Shown here: piece after piece, positions 1-11,770 of the stretch
How the letters are laid out: each line of letters opens with the position of its first letter
Position numbering within the stretch: position 1 is the first letter of the stretch
Assembly: GCA_012295275.1 (NCBI GenBank)
Contig: CM022667.1
Location: 6,138,001-6,202,000, forward strand
DNA from: Chrysomallon squamiferum
Lineage: Eukaryota; Animalia; Mollusca
DNA length: 64,000 nt
Direction of reading: 5' to 3'
Made by a program: the position numbers and the translations under genes
Notes under the pieces: generated by a model
What the model was told of the DNA's origin: nothing
The model's database searches: none
What the model saw: only the letters and a program-made list of their open reading frames with translations

Positions 1-71
1 TTTATTATTATTATTTTTTTTTTTTAGATTTTTTTTGTTCTTTAATGCAAATTCCTCCTTTTTACATTCAG

Positions 72-332
72 ATGGTCCAGACAGTGTCAGACTGAGTCCA
101 TCATCACCTGGTACAGTTGTAGAAGGTCACGCACTGACAGTTACCTGTACTTCTGACTGTAATCCTACATGTTCCTATACCTGGTCACTCAACAATAAAA
201 TACTTTCTACAACTTCTCAGTTAACTCTGACACACATCAGTAGACAACAGACAGGTGAAATATATAAATGTACAGCAAACAACCCAACTACATCAGTGGA
301 AAAATCTGAACAGTTTGAACTGTATGTTTACT
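72..332 (+). CDS. Gene B upstream copy, C2-type Ig exon
   Basis: ttcag acceptor and gtaagt donor, phase 1/1, 261 nt. Reads GPDSVRLSP...LTVTCTSDCNPTCSYTW...GEIYKCTANN. Confidence 0.9.
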
Positions 333-544
333 GTAAGTATAAATAAAACATTCTTAATTAATTAAATCTGTCTGTCTGTCTGTATATACACACATATATT
401 GTATGCATATTAATAGAAATTTATGTTGAACATTAACTGCATATATTATCCAATTTTCATAAATACATTCAGTTTATATTAATATATGTCAAAAAGAAAA
501 AACAACAAATAAATACATAATATACCTTGTTACTTCTTAATAAA

Positions 545-641
545 CACCATCCAAAGTCACAGGCTGGTGTCTACACGTGTACAGCTGTCAACACAAACTC
601 AAACAAATCAAATTACACAACAGTTACACTGGATGTCCTGT
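545..641 (+). pseudogene. Gene B upstream copy, 3' half of an Ig exon (5' half lost)
   Basis: Reads SKSQAGVYTCTAVNTNSNKSNYTTVTLDVL then gtgagt. No acceptor or first Cys upstream. Confidence 0.8.
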
Positions 642-987
642 GTGAGTTGGATTTATCAATAACATAATTTAATTTCATTCTTTAATAATACTGAATCTAT
701 TAGGATGACAAAAGGTTAACTGTACCATTATAATCTTGTTTATATAAAAGAAATTTTAAGACAAATTCTGTTAAAATCTATGACAGTTATGTATTCAGTT
801 AAATTTGATTGATTTTATCATTGCAAATATTGCATTAGAAGTTAGATTTTCTACCAACCCATGAAGGAGATTTAAAATTAATTGTTTAATTATTTCTTAG
901 TCATTAGAAATTTACCTAACAGCTAAATGACTAATTCCAGTGACAGTTGTTTTATTTTTTAAAAACAAATCATTATTTATTTATTTA

Positions 988-1045
<58 letters not shown>

Positions 1046-1137
1046 GGATTCATTCCTTATATATATTTTAATTTTCAAATTTTTTTTAATCCATCTCTCT
1101 GCAATATATGTTTCTATGAATTTAACTTGTATTACAG

Positions 1138-1397
1138 ATCAGACTTCAATAAACCTCTTTGACACTGAACTCAAAGACTGCAAAGTTAACAGTTGATGAG
1201 ATGTGAAGTTGACAGTAATCCAGCATCTCACATCAAACTGTTAAACAACTCACACATTCTACGTGAAGTGAAAAACTCCAAGTCAGTGGAGTACAGCTGG
1301 AATGAAGCTGGATGTCTGGATACAGGATTTTACACTTGTGAAGCAGGAAACAACATCAAGTCTGATGTCAGTCAAAGTGTGCAGCTTAATGTTACAT
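1138..1397 (+). pseudogene. Gene B upstream copy, Ig exon with frameshift
   Basis: 260 nt versus 279 nt for the intact copy at 57246-57524 (a +1 insertion and a 20-nt deletion). Reads RCEVDSNPAS...DTGFYTCEAGN. Confidence 0.88.
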
Positions 1398-1463
1398 GTA
1401 AGTAATGTTGAACAATTATTTCTACTAGTAACAATAATAATATTGAAAGATATCACTTAAAAT

Positions 1464-1570
1464 ATGGGTCATTCTATGTCACATCAAGTTTTACCCCATT
1501 GAAATCTGAGGTGAAATGTTACATTATTTCTTGCATTGGATCATTAAGAATGGGTTGCAGCCCACTTCTT
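1464..1570 (+). mobile_element. Terminal fragment of the Sola2-like family
   Basis: GGGTCATTCTATGTCACATC matches the terminus of the element at 29228. The same fragment is present at ~57592 in the duplicate. Confidence 0.55.
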
Positions 1571-1616
1571 TCTCAGTATCCCATGGATAGAATTGAATAA
1601 ACATGGCATCTTCAAA

Positions 1617-1692
<76 letters not shown>

Positions 1693-2184
1693 GGTGTGTT
1701 AAAAGTTGATATTCTCAGCATTTTGTAATTGACTTTAATTTGAAATTGCAGTCATTTTAGCTACAACATTAAAAAGAAATCCAAAATAAAAAAGTGTTAT
1801 TCGTTTATTTATTTGTTTAGATTTTTTAATTGCAAACCAAAACAAATTATAAGTGTTTTGCTTTATGAATTTTTATTTTCTTATAATTCATAAAGAAATA
1901 ATAAGAAAGTAGCCTCCACATTTTATTTTTGTAATAAAATCAGCTCCAGTGTAACTAATAAAAGATTAAAATGAAAATACTTTGTTATTTTGAAATCATC
2001 TTTATTGTTATTTTAAAAAAATCAATAAAAAGTCAATAAGTACATCAAAAAAATGTCATTGTTATGTCTTGCTATTTTATATTATGTTAACTTTCTGTTA
2101 TAATAGAGTTAAATTTACATAAGTAAATATTTGTTTCAATACAGTCCTTATTGATAACAGTAATCACTAATTTCACTATTTCAG

Positions 2185-2490
2185 GTTCACCAAGACTTCA
2201 TCATCGAGATACCTTTCAGGACAAATTTGCTGCTATAGAAGATGGAAATGTAACTCTACACATGTCTATGATTGCCAATCCAGTTCCAACATTTACCTGG
2301 TATAAACTCACAGATGTAAACAATAAAAGTCTTGGATCTACACAACCTGTACTCACTACAAATGTGTCTGCTGTAGGTGAATATAAACTGACAAATGTTA
2401 AATAAGAAGATTTTGGAATCTATCAGGTTGCTGTGTCAAATGGAGGTTCAAGGAAGGATCTTGTCTTGAATTTATCTCTCAGTAAAATAG
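2185..2490 (+). pseudogene. Gene B upstream copy, Cys-less Ig exon with in-frame stop
   Basis: tttcag acceptor, gtaaaa donor, 306 nt. Reads IANPVPTFTWYK...LTNVK*EDFGIYQVAVSN with TAA at 2403-2405. Confidence 0.88.
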
Positions 2491-2761
2491 GTAAAAACAA
2501 AGTTGGAATGAAAAATGTTTATCCCATACACACTTTTCACCTACTTAGACTAGTATTACAGTCTCGGTTGTTTTCATTTATATTATGTGCTAGAATATGG
2601 CAACGTTTAATTTTGTCTGAAATACTGATTTTCTGAACATTATGTGTGTCCTTATTTGAAAATAGACAGATAGATATTGCATAATATCAATAGTGTTTAA
2701 ACAAAATTCATAGTTCACTACTTCCTATTTTTCACTATTTTGTAACGTTCTAAACTCAAAG

Positions 2762-3020
2762 GTCCTCCAATTGTTCCCTCTGACGTGAGAACTTGGAGTA
2801 CTGGTCCACATTCAGTGTCAGTGTCTTGGACAGAAGAATTTAATGGAGGATCGCAAAAAACATTTCTTGTACAGTATCGAAAAAATAAAATCTTCTTTAT
2901 TTCAAATTACGTAATAAAGCCATTATACTCATATATTTCTGTATAAATCATTCATTATCTCTTGCTCTCTGAAATGCGTAGACACACACAAAGAAAGACG
3001 TACAGAATTCAGGTTATTTG
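2762..3020 (+). pseudogene. Gene B upstream copy, decayed FN3 exon
   Basis: Reads GPPIVPSDVRTWSTGPHSVSVSWTEEFNGGSQKTFLVQYRK, the nephrin-type FNGG..QTF.V.Y motif. A later TYRIQV remnant follows. The end coordinate is approximate. Confidence 0.8.
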
Positions 3021-3247
3021 TGAGGATGTTACTTAATCTGAAAATATCCTCAAATGTCAGACATTAGTTCACTTTCATTCACATCATAGTTATTTAAATA
3101 AATAAAAATGAAATGCATTACACAAACGAAAAGTCTGAATTCAACCTCAGAATTGTGAGTTTTCATACACACTGAGTACAGAGTATGGTGAGTTTTTTCT
3201 CACTTCCAATGATGAGTAATTGTTTGATGTATCTGTGTTGCTCTCAG

Positions 3248-3351
3248 CATCTGACAAATAAACCAAATCGTATAGCTGACAGACTACAGGTACAGTAGCA
3301 GTTGTAACAGTGTTAGTAATATTGTAAGAAAGTAACAGAGGAAGTAATACA
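3248..3351 (+). pseudogene. Gene B upstream copy, truncated TM exon remnant
   Basis: ctctcag acceptor followed by TTGTVAVVTVLVIL*, a short hydrophobic run ending in a stop. Confidence 0.45.
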
Positions 3352-3458
3352 GTGGGTTCACTTTGTATCTGATAAAATGTAAAATAATTACTTATACAAT
3401 TTTTTTTTTTTTTGTTTTAAATTACAACGTTTCATCACTCAACATCACAGAAACTTTT

Positions 3459-3549
3459 TCATCTGTTACACTTTGTATTTATATACTGAACTTGACTGTG
3501 CCGAAGATCGTCATAGAGAGAAGATTCCTGTACTCCAGTGTTAAACTGT
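3459..3549 (-). CDS. Gene A terminal cytoplasmic exon with Tyr motifs
   Basis: Strong acceptor ttttgtttgtttcag. Phase-2 reading gives QFNTGVQESSLYDDLRHSQVQYINTKCNR*. Confidence 0.6.
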
Positions 3550-3715
3550 CTGAAACAAACAAAACATTCAGAAGTAGAGAATTACTGTATCTGCGTCCAT
3601 GCATCGGTATGTGTGTTTCTGTCTGTGTGTGTACTGTTTCATCCGTTCTATTTATTATTTATTTATTTATTTTCCTATTCACAGTACCCTTATCACTATA
3701 TATGGCAATGAAATA

Positions 3716-3895
3716 TATTTGTTGTGAGTACAGGTTGTGTAGGTCTAAGACTTTTATTGTTTACATCTGTCAGTTTATACCAGGTAAATGTTGGAACTGG
3801 ATTGGCAATCACAGAAATGTGTAGAGTTACATTTCCACCTTCTACAGCAGCAAATTTGTTCTGAAATGAAACTCGATGATCAAGCCTTGGTAAAC
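3716..3895 (-). pseudogene. Gene A Cys-less Ig exon, 3'-truncated
   Basis: Reads LPRLDHRVSFQNKFAAVEGGNVTLHISVIANPVPTFTWYK...PVLTTN. Homology to the gene B exon stops there, and I find no FN3 or TM downstream. Confidence 0.85.
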
Positions 3896-3985
3896 CTGTA
3901 GAGAATAAATTATTTTTATTAAGACGAGAAGAGAAAAAAAGTAAAATAATAATAATAATAGAAATAATAATCTTTAATGACATAC

Positions 3986-4262
3986 ATGTAACATTAAGCT
4001 GCACACTTTGACTGACATCAGACTTGATGTTGTTTCCTGCTTCACAAGTGTAAAATCCTGTATCCAGACATCCAGCTTCATTCCAGCTGTACTCCACTGA
4101 CTTGGAGTTTTTCACTTCACGTAGAATGTGTGAGTTGTTTAACAGTTTGATGTGAGATGCTGGATTACTGTCAACTTCACATCTCAGAGACATAGGAGTC
4201 AGTTCATCAACTGTTATTTTTGTAGACTGAGTTTAAAGTGAAAGAAGTTATTGAAGTCTGAT
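3986..4262 (-). pseudogene. Gene A Ig exon with -2 frameshift
   Basis: 277 nt, gcag acceptor and gtatgt donor. The 3' ~200 nt are identical to the gene B exon. Confidence 0.88.
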
Positions 4263-5733
4263 CTGCAGCAAGTAAAAACACTGCAGAGTATTTTGTTAAA
4301 TACATTTGAACATTAAGTAACAAATATTTTTGCACATTCAGTAGACTTAATCATTCATATTGGGTTGTTAACAAATCATTAAAATATTTGATATGTAACA
4401 TGATATGGCTAAAAACAATTTTAAAGTTCTCTTGAAAGTATATGTATTTTAAAAAGCAGGAAACAGTTTCACTTTTCACAGATTGTATTTCTGTATTAAG
4501 AACGAAATCAATGCTTTGAAGGAGACTCTGAATTCAGGTGCCATTCTTGTTGTTTTAACTCTAAACACCAGTGTTGAATTTTAGCAGATACAGAAGTATG
4601 TGGATGTCAGACAGTGAAGCAAATTTGAAAGAAAAGGACTCAACTGATTGAAATTAATCAACTGAAATTAATCATGTTTATAAAAAACCAAAAAATGAAG
4701 TCCTTGAAGGAAAAGCATATGCAGTTAATGAATTGATGAAGAATGTTCTAGAGACAATGTAGTTAGAACCAGAGTCTACAAGATAACAACTGAAATTCTC
4801 CTGTGTAATGTCAGTCTGAAATAAAAAAATATATATATATCATGTGAACACAACCTGAAAATAATTATGTATGTATGTATGTATGTATGTATGTATGTAT
4901 GTATGCATTGTTGGCTGTTTATACAGCCTGAAATAAAGCATAAGTCACTTTTAAATTATTTACATTTAACAGTGATTAGCATATAGTAAATTTAATTCAT
5001 CGACTTATCTTTGCAGACTGAGTCTAAAGTCAAAGATATTACTAAAGCATGATCTGTAACAAATAAACAATTACTGAAATTATTAATTATTTTTGACAGA
5101 CAATTCTGGTAAAACACGTTTTACAAGTCTCCAACAGCTGAACTGATTTATTTTGATGAAGAACTACTGAACTAACAGGATGACGTCTGAATTTAAAAAT
5201 TGTTATAAGCTCCTCTTTGTTATTTCTCTTTCTTCGTCTTTTTTCTTTCTTTTTTTTTTTCTCTTTGTAATTTAACCAGTCTATATTTATTTATTCATTT
5301 ATTTATTTATTCATTTATTAAATTATCTATGTTTTCGAGTAGGTAAACTGAACTTTATTACCCTTGTATATCTCAGATAATACAAAACCTTGAAAATCAG
5401 TAAAAATATTATAAAGGTGATTACATTATTTTTCTGAATGTATTTCATTTTGACAAAACATTTAGAATTGAAACTTTTGTCACCATTTTCCTGTCTTTAT
5501 GTTTCTTCTTTTCCCCCTTTTTCTTCTCCGTTTTCTATATATATATTCTTTTTCTTTTTATAAGCTTTCCCTCTTTCTTTAATTTTGAGTTTTTAATGTG
5601 TATAAAATACAGTACATTTATTCAAGAACATCATTCATGTCATTTCTATCTATTTATTTCTATCTTTGTTAAACAAATATTAAAGTGCAAATATAAATCC
5701 TGTTTCAAAATCAAATTCTTTAAGTTTACTTAC

Positions 5734-5892
5734 ATTGAACATCCAAGGTAACAGTTTTGTTTTTTGACTTGTTTGTGTTTCCATTGGTGACAATACACAC
5801 ACAGACTCCAGCCTCACACAAAACAGCCACGTGTTTACCTTCTACTATCTGTACTGGTGAATTTCTGTTCAGTCTAACATTTTCTGGACCAA
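5734..5892 (-). pseudogene. Gene A Ig exon with in-frame internal deletion
   Basis: 159 nt, tttcag acceptor and gtaagt donor. Reads GPENVRLNRNSPVQIVEGKHVAVLC|EAGVCVCIVTNGNTNKSKNKTVTLDVQ, lacking the middle strands. Confidence 0.82.
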
Positions 5893-6504
5893 CTGAAAAT
5901 GAAAATAAATAATTTGTTTTGCTTTTTTCTTTTTGTTTTAAATGATAATAATATTAGTGCTAATAATAAAAAAGAAAAATAAATAAAATAATTGTGCTTT
6001 CTCTTTACGGTAACTTAATAAATTAAATTACAAAACAAAAATAGCCTAAATTTTATAATATTATTACTAATTATTTCACACTCACACATATACACATACT
6101 GAAAATTTACCTTTAAATTATTAATAAAAAATGTGTTTAATAATTATTTCATTCTTCATATTTTTACACACTGAAATAAACGATTAAAAAATGATAATTT
6201 ATAAGAAAAAACGTTAAATTTTACAATTGTTCAAAAATGCCAATTTAGTTTTAAATACTGAAACCGGTCTTTGTTTTATACAAACATACATACATACATG
6301 CATACATACATACATACATAAAACAGTATTTCGTAGATTTATTCTGCAGATTTGATCAGATTGCTAATAGTAGCTAATAATACAAAAATAATTAACAATT
6401 TAGCACTGACAATAATAATATAAAATCATTTGAAAACATAAAAATTTAATTTAGATCAGTTATAAATAAATAAATTTCTAAGATTATTTTAAAATAAAAC
6501 TCGC

Positions 6505-6757
6505 AGTGTACTTTCAGAGTGAAACTTTTAGTGAGAGATTTGGCTGAGACTGTTAGTCACAGTACATGTGTACTTCTGTCCTGTCTGGTTTCTTCTCACA
6601 TTTGTAACACTGAGCTCAGACCCTGACTCAGTCTGTTGATTGTTAAGAGACCAGGAAAACAAACATGGCGGCTTGCAGACAGCAACACAGTTTACATTCA
6701 AATCATCTCCTTCGTCAACATTTCCTGGTAAACTGAACACAACACTGTCTGGCCCAC
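6505..6757 (-). pseudogene. Gene A C2-type Ig exon (frameshifted, GC donor)
   Basis: Reads GPDSVVFSLPGNVDEGDDLNVNCVAVCKPPCLFSW...YTCTVTN. It is 2 nt shorter than the copy at 62776-63030 and the donor is gcgagt. Confidence 0.88.
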
Positions 6758-7016
6758 CTGAAATAATAAATAGTAACAAGAAATAAATAAGTAAAAACAT
6801 AATAAATATAAGTATGCACATTGAATAGTATACAACCTTGCCCATCCGAAACAATATTATAAATTATATAATTTACTTGTCACTCCGTGTGATCTAAGCA
6901 ATTAAAGTAAAGTCAACAAAATATTGTAAAGTCAGAACAGAATTTTATGTGGAATATTTATATATATATAAAAAAGATATACAAAATGTGATAAATAACA
7001 ATAATAATAATAATTA

Positions 7017-7076
<60 letters not shown>

Positions 7077-7843
7077 ATAATAATAAGAAGAAGAAATAAA
7101 AAGAAATAAAATAAACTAGTTTATTAAAACATTTCTAAACAAATATATAATTTTCTGTTTTATTGATATTAATGAACTCAGCTATGAAATAAAGAAATAA
7201 AAGAAACAAAAAATAATTTTCTGCATCGTGGTAGATATTCTATCTCTGCCAATCTTTATTACAAAGCTAATGAATCTGTTTATACATTTAATATTTTATA
7301 ATTCTTAATCCATAATCTATTTTATTATAACATCACTGAAAGTTACATACAGCAGGTTTCTCAAATTGTAAAGCCAAGGTGTTCTTTTATTGGATCCATG
7401 TTCTGTTTCAGAGAAATACACTATTCATATTTGGAGTTTTGATATTCATCATTAGAACAAATGGAAATTCAAGTTTCCACTGCATTTTTTTAATTATCTT
7501 TCTTAGAAAAGACCCATAATATTTGATAAAATAAACACATAATAAACACATAAATATGAATAAAACCAGTGAATTTATTTTAGAGTTTCTTGGTATTTTT
7601 TTGTAATGAATTTTTCCAACCATTTAGGTTAAACAAGATTTTGGCCCAGTCTATATGATTATAAAAGGTTAGAGAAAACCAGAAATATATATACATCAAG
7701 ACATGTACACAGTTTAAATGTAACAAAAGTATCAAAGAATAATATTTTATAATTTTCATAGGTGACAACCAATGAAGACTGAATTTTACGAAGTTTTCTC
7801 ATTTTTAAATTGTTTTGTTTTTTAACAGTTTCGGTAAACTTAC

Positions 7844-7919
7844 CTGAGTAAGCAACACTGTTCAACAAGAAAACAGTTAAAATCATTTGCTTGTCAACAG
7901 TCATAAACATCGCAGACAT
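7844..7919 (-). CDS. Additional signal-peptide exon inside the gene A V-to-C2 interval
   Basis: Reads MSAMFMTVDKQMILTVFLLNSVAYSG then cag|gtaagt, 76 nt, phase 1. Confidence 0.6.
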
Positions 7920-9166
7920 AATTAATTAATTATAAATAACGTGAATACTTTAAATAAAAAATCCCGTTCTGAGAAGAAACGACGCTTTCACTTGCTGTAA
8001 ACTTCCTCGTTTGTTTCTGTCAACAATGCGTACTTTTATCCTGATTTAATTAATGCAGTAAGATTCCATTTTAGATTTAAATTAAAGTTACAGTATTATA
8101 GTGACTAAATATCATACAAATCCTTGTTTTGATGTTTTATTAAATTACTGGCGATCATTTGATAGCACAGACTACCTCACCGCGAACTTCCACTAAGTTT
8201 ACAGTACTGAATAAGAAACTGGAAACGAGGCTAGATATTATCTCGACAGCGGGTAGGTACAGAGAGTTATGGCCCGAGATGAGGCTAAACATGTTCAAGT
8301 GATCCTAAAATTAATATATATATAAATGTTTATATTATTTATTTATTTATTTTTTAAATTATTTATTTATTTATTTACTTATTCTATTTTATTTTGTTTT
8401 GCTAAACCTAATTTAATATTTTATAAAATTATAAATATAATTTCATTTCTTGGCAAAAAAACGGCACTTATTTATTTTGTTTTAATTATATTCCTTTTTC
8501 CAACTGTATCTTTGCTAGTAATACAACCCAGGTCACAGAATGGTGTTAGAAAGTATTTTTAGCCGTACCACGTATGTACAATTTGATTGACTACAAAGAT
8601 AACTTTAAAACAGTTTCATTAATTGAAAACGAACGTTTCAGAAAACCCTTATTAATATGAGACAATCTGTGATTTTTTTTCCTTATTCTTAAACGTAAAC
8701 ACTTTATTATTTCTTGTATAACAGGCCAGTCTTTGTCCTGGAAGGGTTTCTAAACAGTTTAGTAACCATAACGTCACTGTGATACATCTAGAACATATTG
8801 AGTCAAAACTGAAGAAAAGACTTAAAACCGACACACAAATAGAGTTTAACTATTTGCTGATGGTAAATAATTTGATTTACAAATAGGATTATTCTACACA
8901 GCAAATATATTTTCTTAGGAAGAAGACTGTTTTTTTTTCCCCCGACAACTATTTGAGTATCATTTGCTGATTATGTGAAGATGTAGACACTGTTGGATAG
9001 AAATTAACATACCTACATGTCTTTAATCTCTTTTCACAGATAATAAACTAAAACCGCACAGTATGGGGTTTTACAGTTCATATCTTGATATATATTAGGT
9101 ATGAACTGTTAAGTAAATTTAAAATATCACATTTACTTCTTTAGTTACAATTTAAGTAGCACCGAT

Positions 9167-9258
9167 CATTATTATTATTAGTAGTATTATTATTATTATT
9201 GTTATTGTTATTATTATTGTTACTGTTATTGTTATTATTGTTATTAGTATTATTATTA

Positions 9259-9311
<53 letters not shown>

Positions 9312-9335
9312 GTTATTGTTATTGTTATTGTTATG

Positions 9336-9371
<36 letters not shown>

Positions 9372-9398
9372 GTTATTGTTATTGTTATTGTTATTATT
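9167..9398. repeat. (TTA/TTG)n microsatellite
   Basis: Direct inspection. It explains the poly-Leu ORF 9199-9462. Confidence 0.95.
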
Positions 9399-9399
9399 A

Positions 9400-9670
9400 G
9401 TTTACATTTTCATTATTAGTCCAGTGTTTAGTGTTGCACGGATTCTGGTTTTCTGTTCCTAGAAGAGTAATCTTCTCTTGTTTTGCTATGAAGATGTTAC
9501 TCTGGATCTTCCAGATCCTTCTTTGTAACTGGGCTCTTGTTCTTCTCATCTCCCACATCTTGCTGATCTCTATTTCAAGTCGTTTGTACATTTCTGTGTC
9601 TGACACATTTCTCTCTGAAGGTACTGTCCTGTCTATGAGCAGGCAGGTCTGTTTCTTCTTGTTCTTCACA
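9400..9670 (-). mobile_element. 3' remnant of an R4/Dong-type (REL endonuclease) non-LTR retrotransposon
   Basis: TCLLIDRTVPSERNVS...YKRLEIEISKMW...KITLLGT resembles the REL C-terminus. It ends in a (TAA)n tract on the minus strand. Confidence 0.7.
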
Positions 9671-9992
9671 AAGGAATTACATGTAGGCCTAATTACTTAA
9701 TGTTCCGACTGCCCCAGAAAACAACCAAACAAGCGAAAACAAAATCCTGTAATCATCATTTTATTTTTATTTTTCTTCAGATTGCTATTATGGATCCTTT
9801 GCACTTGTAATATTGTGGGGATTTTTTTTTTTTTTTTTTTGGTGCGGGCGGGGAACTAAATTTTCAATGCATATCAGCTCCATGATAAAGAACAGTTCTG
9901 CAGGCATCTCTATAATTATTAAATATATTCAAATTTGTTTTCAAGAACACTGATTCAATCATTGATGGAGTACACGAGGAATATTCATTTTC

Positions 9993-10043
<51 letters not shown>

Positions 10044-10199
10044 TTTTTCACACGTTTTTTCGCTCTTCAAACAAAAGAAAGAAAGGTAATAATTAAAGAC
10101 AACACCAGAACAATTCAAATGACGATCTGGTTTGAGAGCAAAAATCCATTCACTGTACTGCTATGAGATTACTGATTATATAGTGATTATATTATTAGT

Positions 10200-10950
10200 G
10201 ATGACAGTATCAGGTCCCCCATAACAGTATCTATGACAAGTTCAAATTTTTAGGAGGTATCATAATCAATTGCAGTATCAAATGTGCCATTTTTGTTCCA
10301 GTAGGCAACCACTACATACACTGGTTTGTACGAACCTTTTCTGTACCCTTTCTACCTTCCCAGAGTACGTCACGTTAATCTGAGATGTAGCGTCAAACCA
10401 CAGATGACACAAGTCTCTGCTCAAAACTGTCTCAGACATAATATCTGCCAGGTCTGACAGGACTTTTTCTTCCAGTTCAGGAAACGCTGGCATAACGTTC
10501 TTAGTTTTCAGAGATTTCAGTGTCATTTCAACTTCCATCTCTTTTTTATTTATTTATTTATGTTTTTTCTTCTTCTTTTCTCTGCCCACAATGTCTTGCC
10601 GGTTTTGTCAGCTGGGATGTAGGATCGTTTTCAAAGTAGCTACTGTACTGTCTAAAAAAGCTGCTATCGCAATAAGTCAGTACAAAAGCATGTCTCTGAC
10701 CAGATCGTACTTGGAATATGCAGAAGTGACAGCATTGTAACAGATCGTAAATTACATTACTAAAGGAATCTCAATCTCTCTCAGCAGATACATTAGAGCT
10801 TTGGCAGCATTAGCAAGTGCATTAAACACATTCTTTACTTCTCTGATGGCTTCAACATAACTGACTGGTCCTTCTGCTGAAATAGAAAACATTTTCCTCC
10901 ACGGGCCTGTGAACAGTTTTCCAGTCAAACCGACAACACCTATGTCTCTG
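10200..10950 (-). mobile_element. Degraded transposase-like coding remnant, superfamily unassigned
   Basis: Fragments GVVGLTGKLFTGPWRKMF and LCHLWFDATSQINVTYSGKVERV, in higher-GC sequence with no splice structure. Confidence 0.4.
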
Positions 10951-11028
10951 TCAGTTTACATAAAGAACGATATATATATATATATATAGTACAAGAAGAA
11001 AAGAAATGATTATAACTTATCTTCGATA

Positions 11029-11770
<742 letters not shown>

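Larger units (their letters stand above)
1..7712. repeat. Segmental duplication copy 1 (matches ~56110-64000)
   Basis: Exons, introns and microsatellites align with 56.1-64 kb (72 matches 56178; 7712 matches 64000), with only scattered substitutions and indels. Confidence 0.97.

Noticed and set aside
3363-3824. 153-aa plus-strand ORF (and 59758-60130)
   Set aside because: It is antisense to gene A exons plus AT-rich intron and has no domain signature.
7330-7650. Possible decayed exon after the second leader (DWAKILFNLNGW..., CSGNLN.IC, lectin-like)
   Set aside because: It needs several frameshifts and stops, and the similarity is too weak to call by eye.
9199-9462. Poly-Leu ORF as a membrane protein
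   Set aside because: It is a microsatellite at a retroelement end with no splice or gene context.
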